A DNA stretch of 64,000 nt, taken from NCBI GenBank assembly GCA_002633005.1, contig NMRA01000289.1:274382-338381 (forward strand), in the 5' to 3' direction. Position 1 is the first letter of the stretch. Each line of letters starts with the position of its first letter. Below the pieces are notes generated by a model that was not told the origin of the DNA, did not search any database, and was given only the letters and a program-made list of their open reading frames with translations. Shown here piece by piece: positions 63,516 to 64,000 of this stretch. Source of the DNA: Phoronis australis. Its lineage: Eukaryota; Animalia; Phoronida. Both the position numbers and the translations under genes were made by a program.

Positions 63516-64000
63516 TTAAAGGATAATGCCACCCGATTTGATTAGTCTTTGTTGCCGTCCTAATCGGTCTATATCCACATTGCCTCGCATACTGTCGACC
63601 TTACCTCGCCAAGAGGTGTCGCGTTAACCTGTGAGGAAGGTGAGAAACGACGCTAGCGACGTCAGTGGTTCATATGCAGAGTGAATGCCGCTATGTTGCG
63701 GTGCATCGTTCCCGCTTGTCCGAACTAAGCAGCTTCGAGGAAAGCGGGTATATAGATTTTTACTTCTTCGAGAGTCCAAAATGCTTAGGAAGTGGCTTAT
63801 GGTAGTGAAGAATGAAATGTACGCTGTAAATAGCAAGTATGAGGCCGTGAAACATCTCCGTGTCTGTGGCCTGCAGACGTCGACAGTGCCTCACGAATGC
63901 CGGCTTACCAAATAACTCCATACGTTCCGTTGTCTGAGCTTGTTCACGGCACCTCTCTAGTATTTCTTCATCACTGTATTCCTGTTCGAATTGATAGCCT
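63516..64000 (+). mobile_element. Kolobok-like THAP-remnant element (copy 4, runs off the window end)
   Basis: TTAAAGGATAATGCCACCCG left end; very similar to copy 2, including the TAA after CIVPACPN. Confidence 0.85.

Overview
This is eukaryotic, intron-containing, AT-rich and transposon-dense DNA, most consistent with an invertebrate animal; it is not a prokaryotic window. The main content is a head-to-tail cluster of three paralogous 4-exon genes on the + strand (8515-12036, 16245-24415, 26094-39914). Each encodes a secreted ~385-aa protein: signal peptide + PAN/apple domain + a 17-codon Cys-bearing linker exon + an olfactomedin (OLF) beta-propeller. None has the coiled-coil, collagen or transmembrane region found in the OLF proteins I know. 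Exons 2 and 3 (52 and 193 nt) and the intron phases (0, 1, 2) are identical in all three; exon 1 is 291-294 nt and exon 4 is 619 nt in copies 2 and 3. Copy 1 has an assembly gap (N at 11976) in its last exon. The rest is mostly repeats: four copies of a TTAA-flanked Kolobok-like element carrying only a THAP remnant (two of them tail-to-tail), three decayed Academ-like (XPG + Cys-rich) transposons, several LINE fragments, a Helentron-like element, MITEs, an LTR-like remnant and a ~3 kb 39-bp minisatellite. No rRNA, tRNA or CRISPR features were seen.
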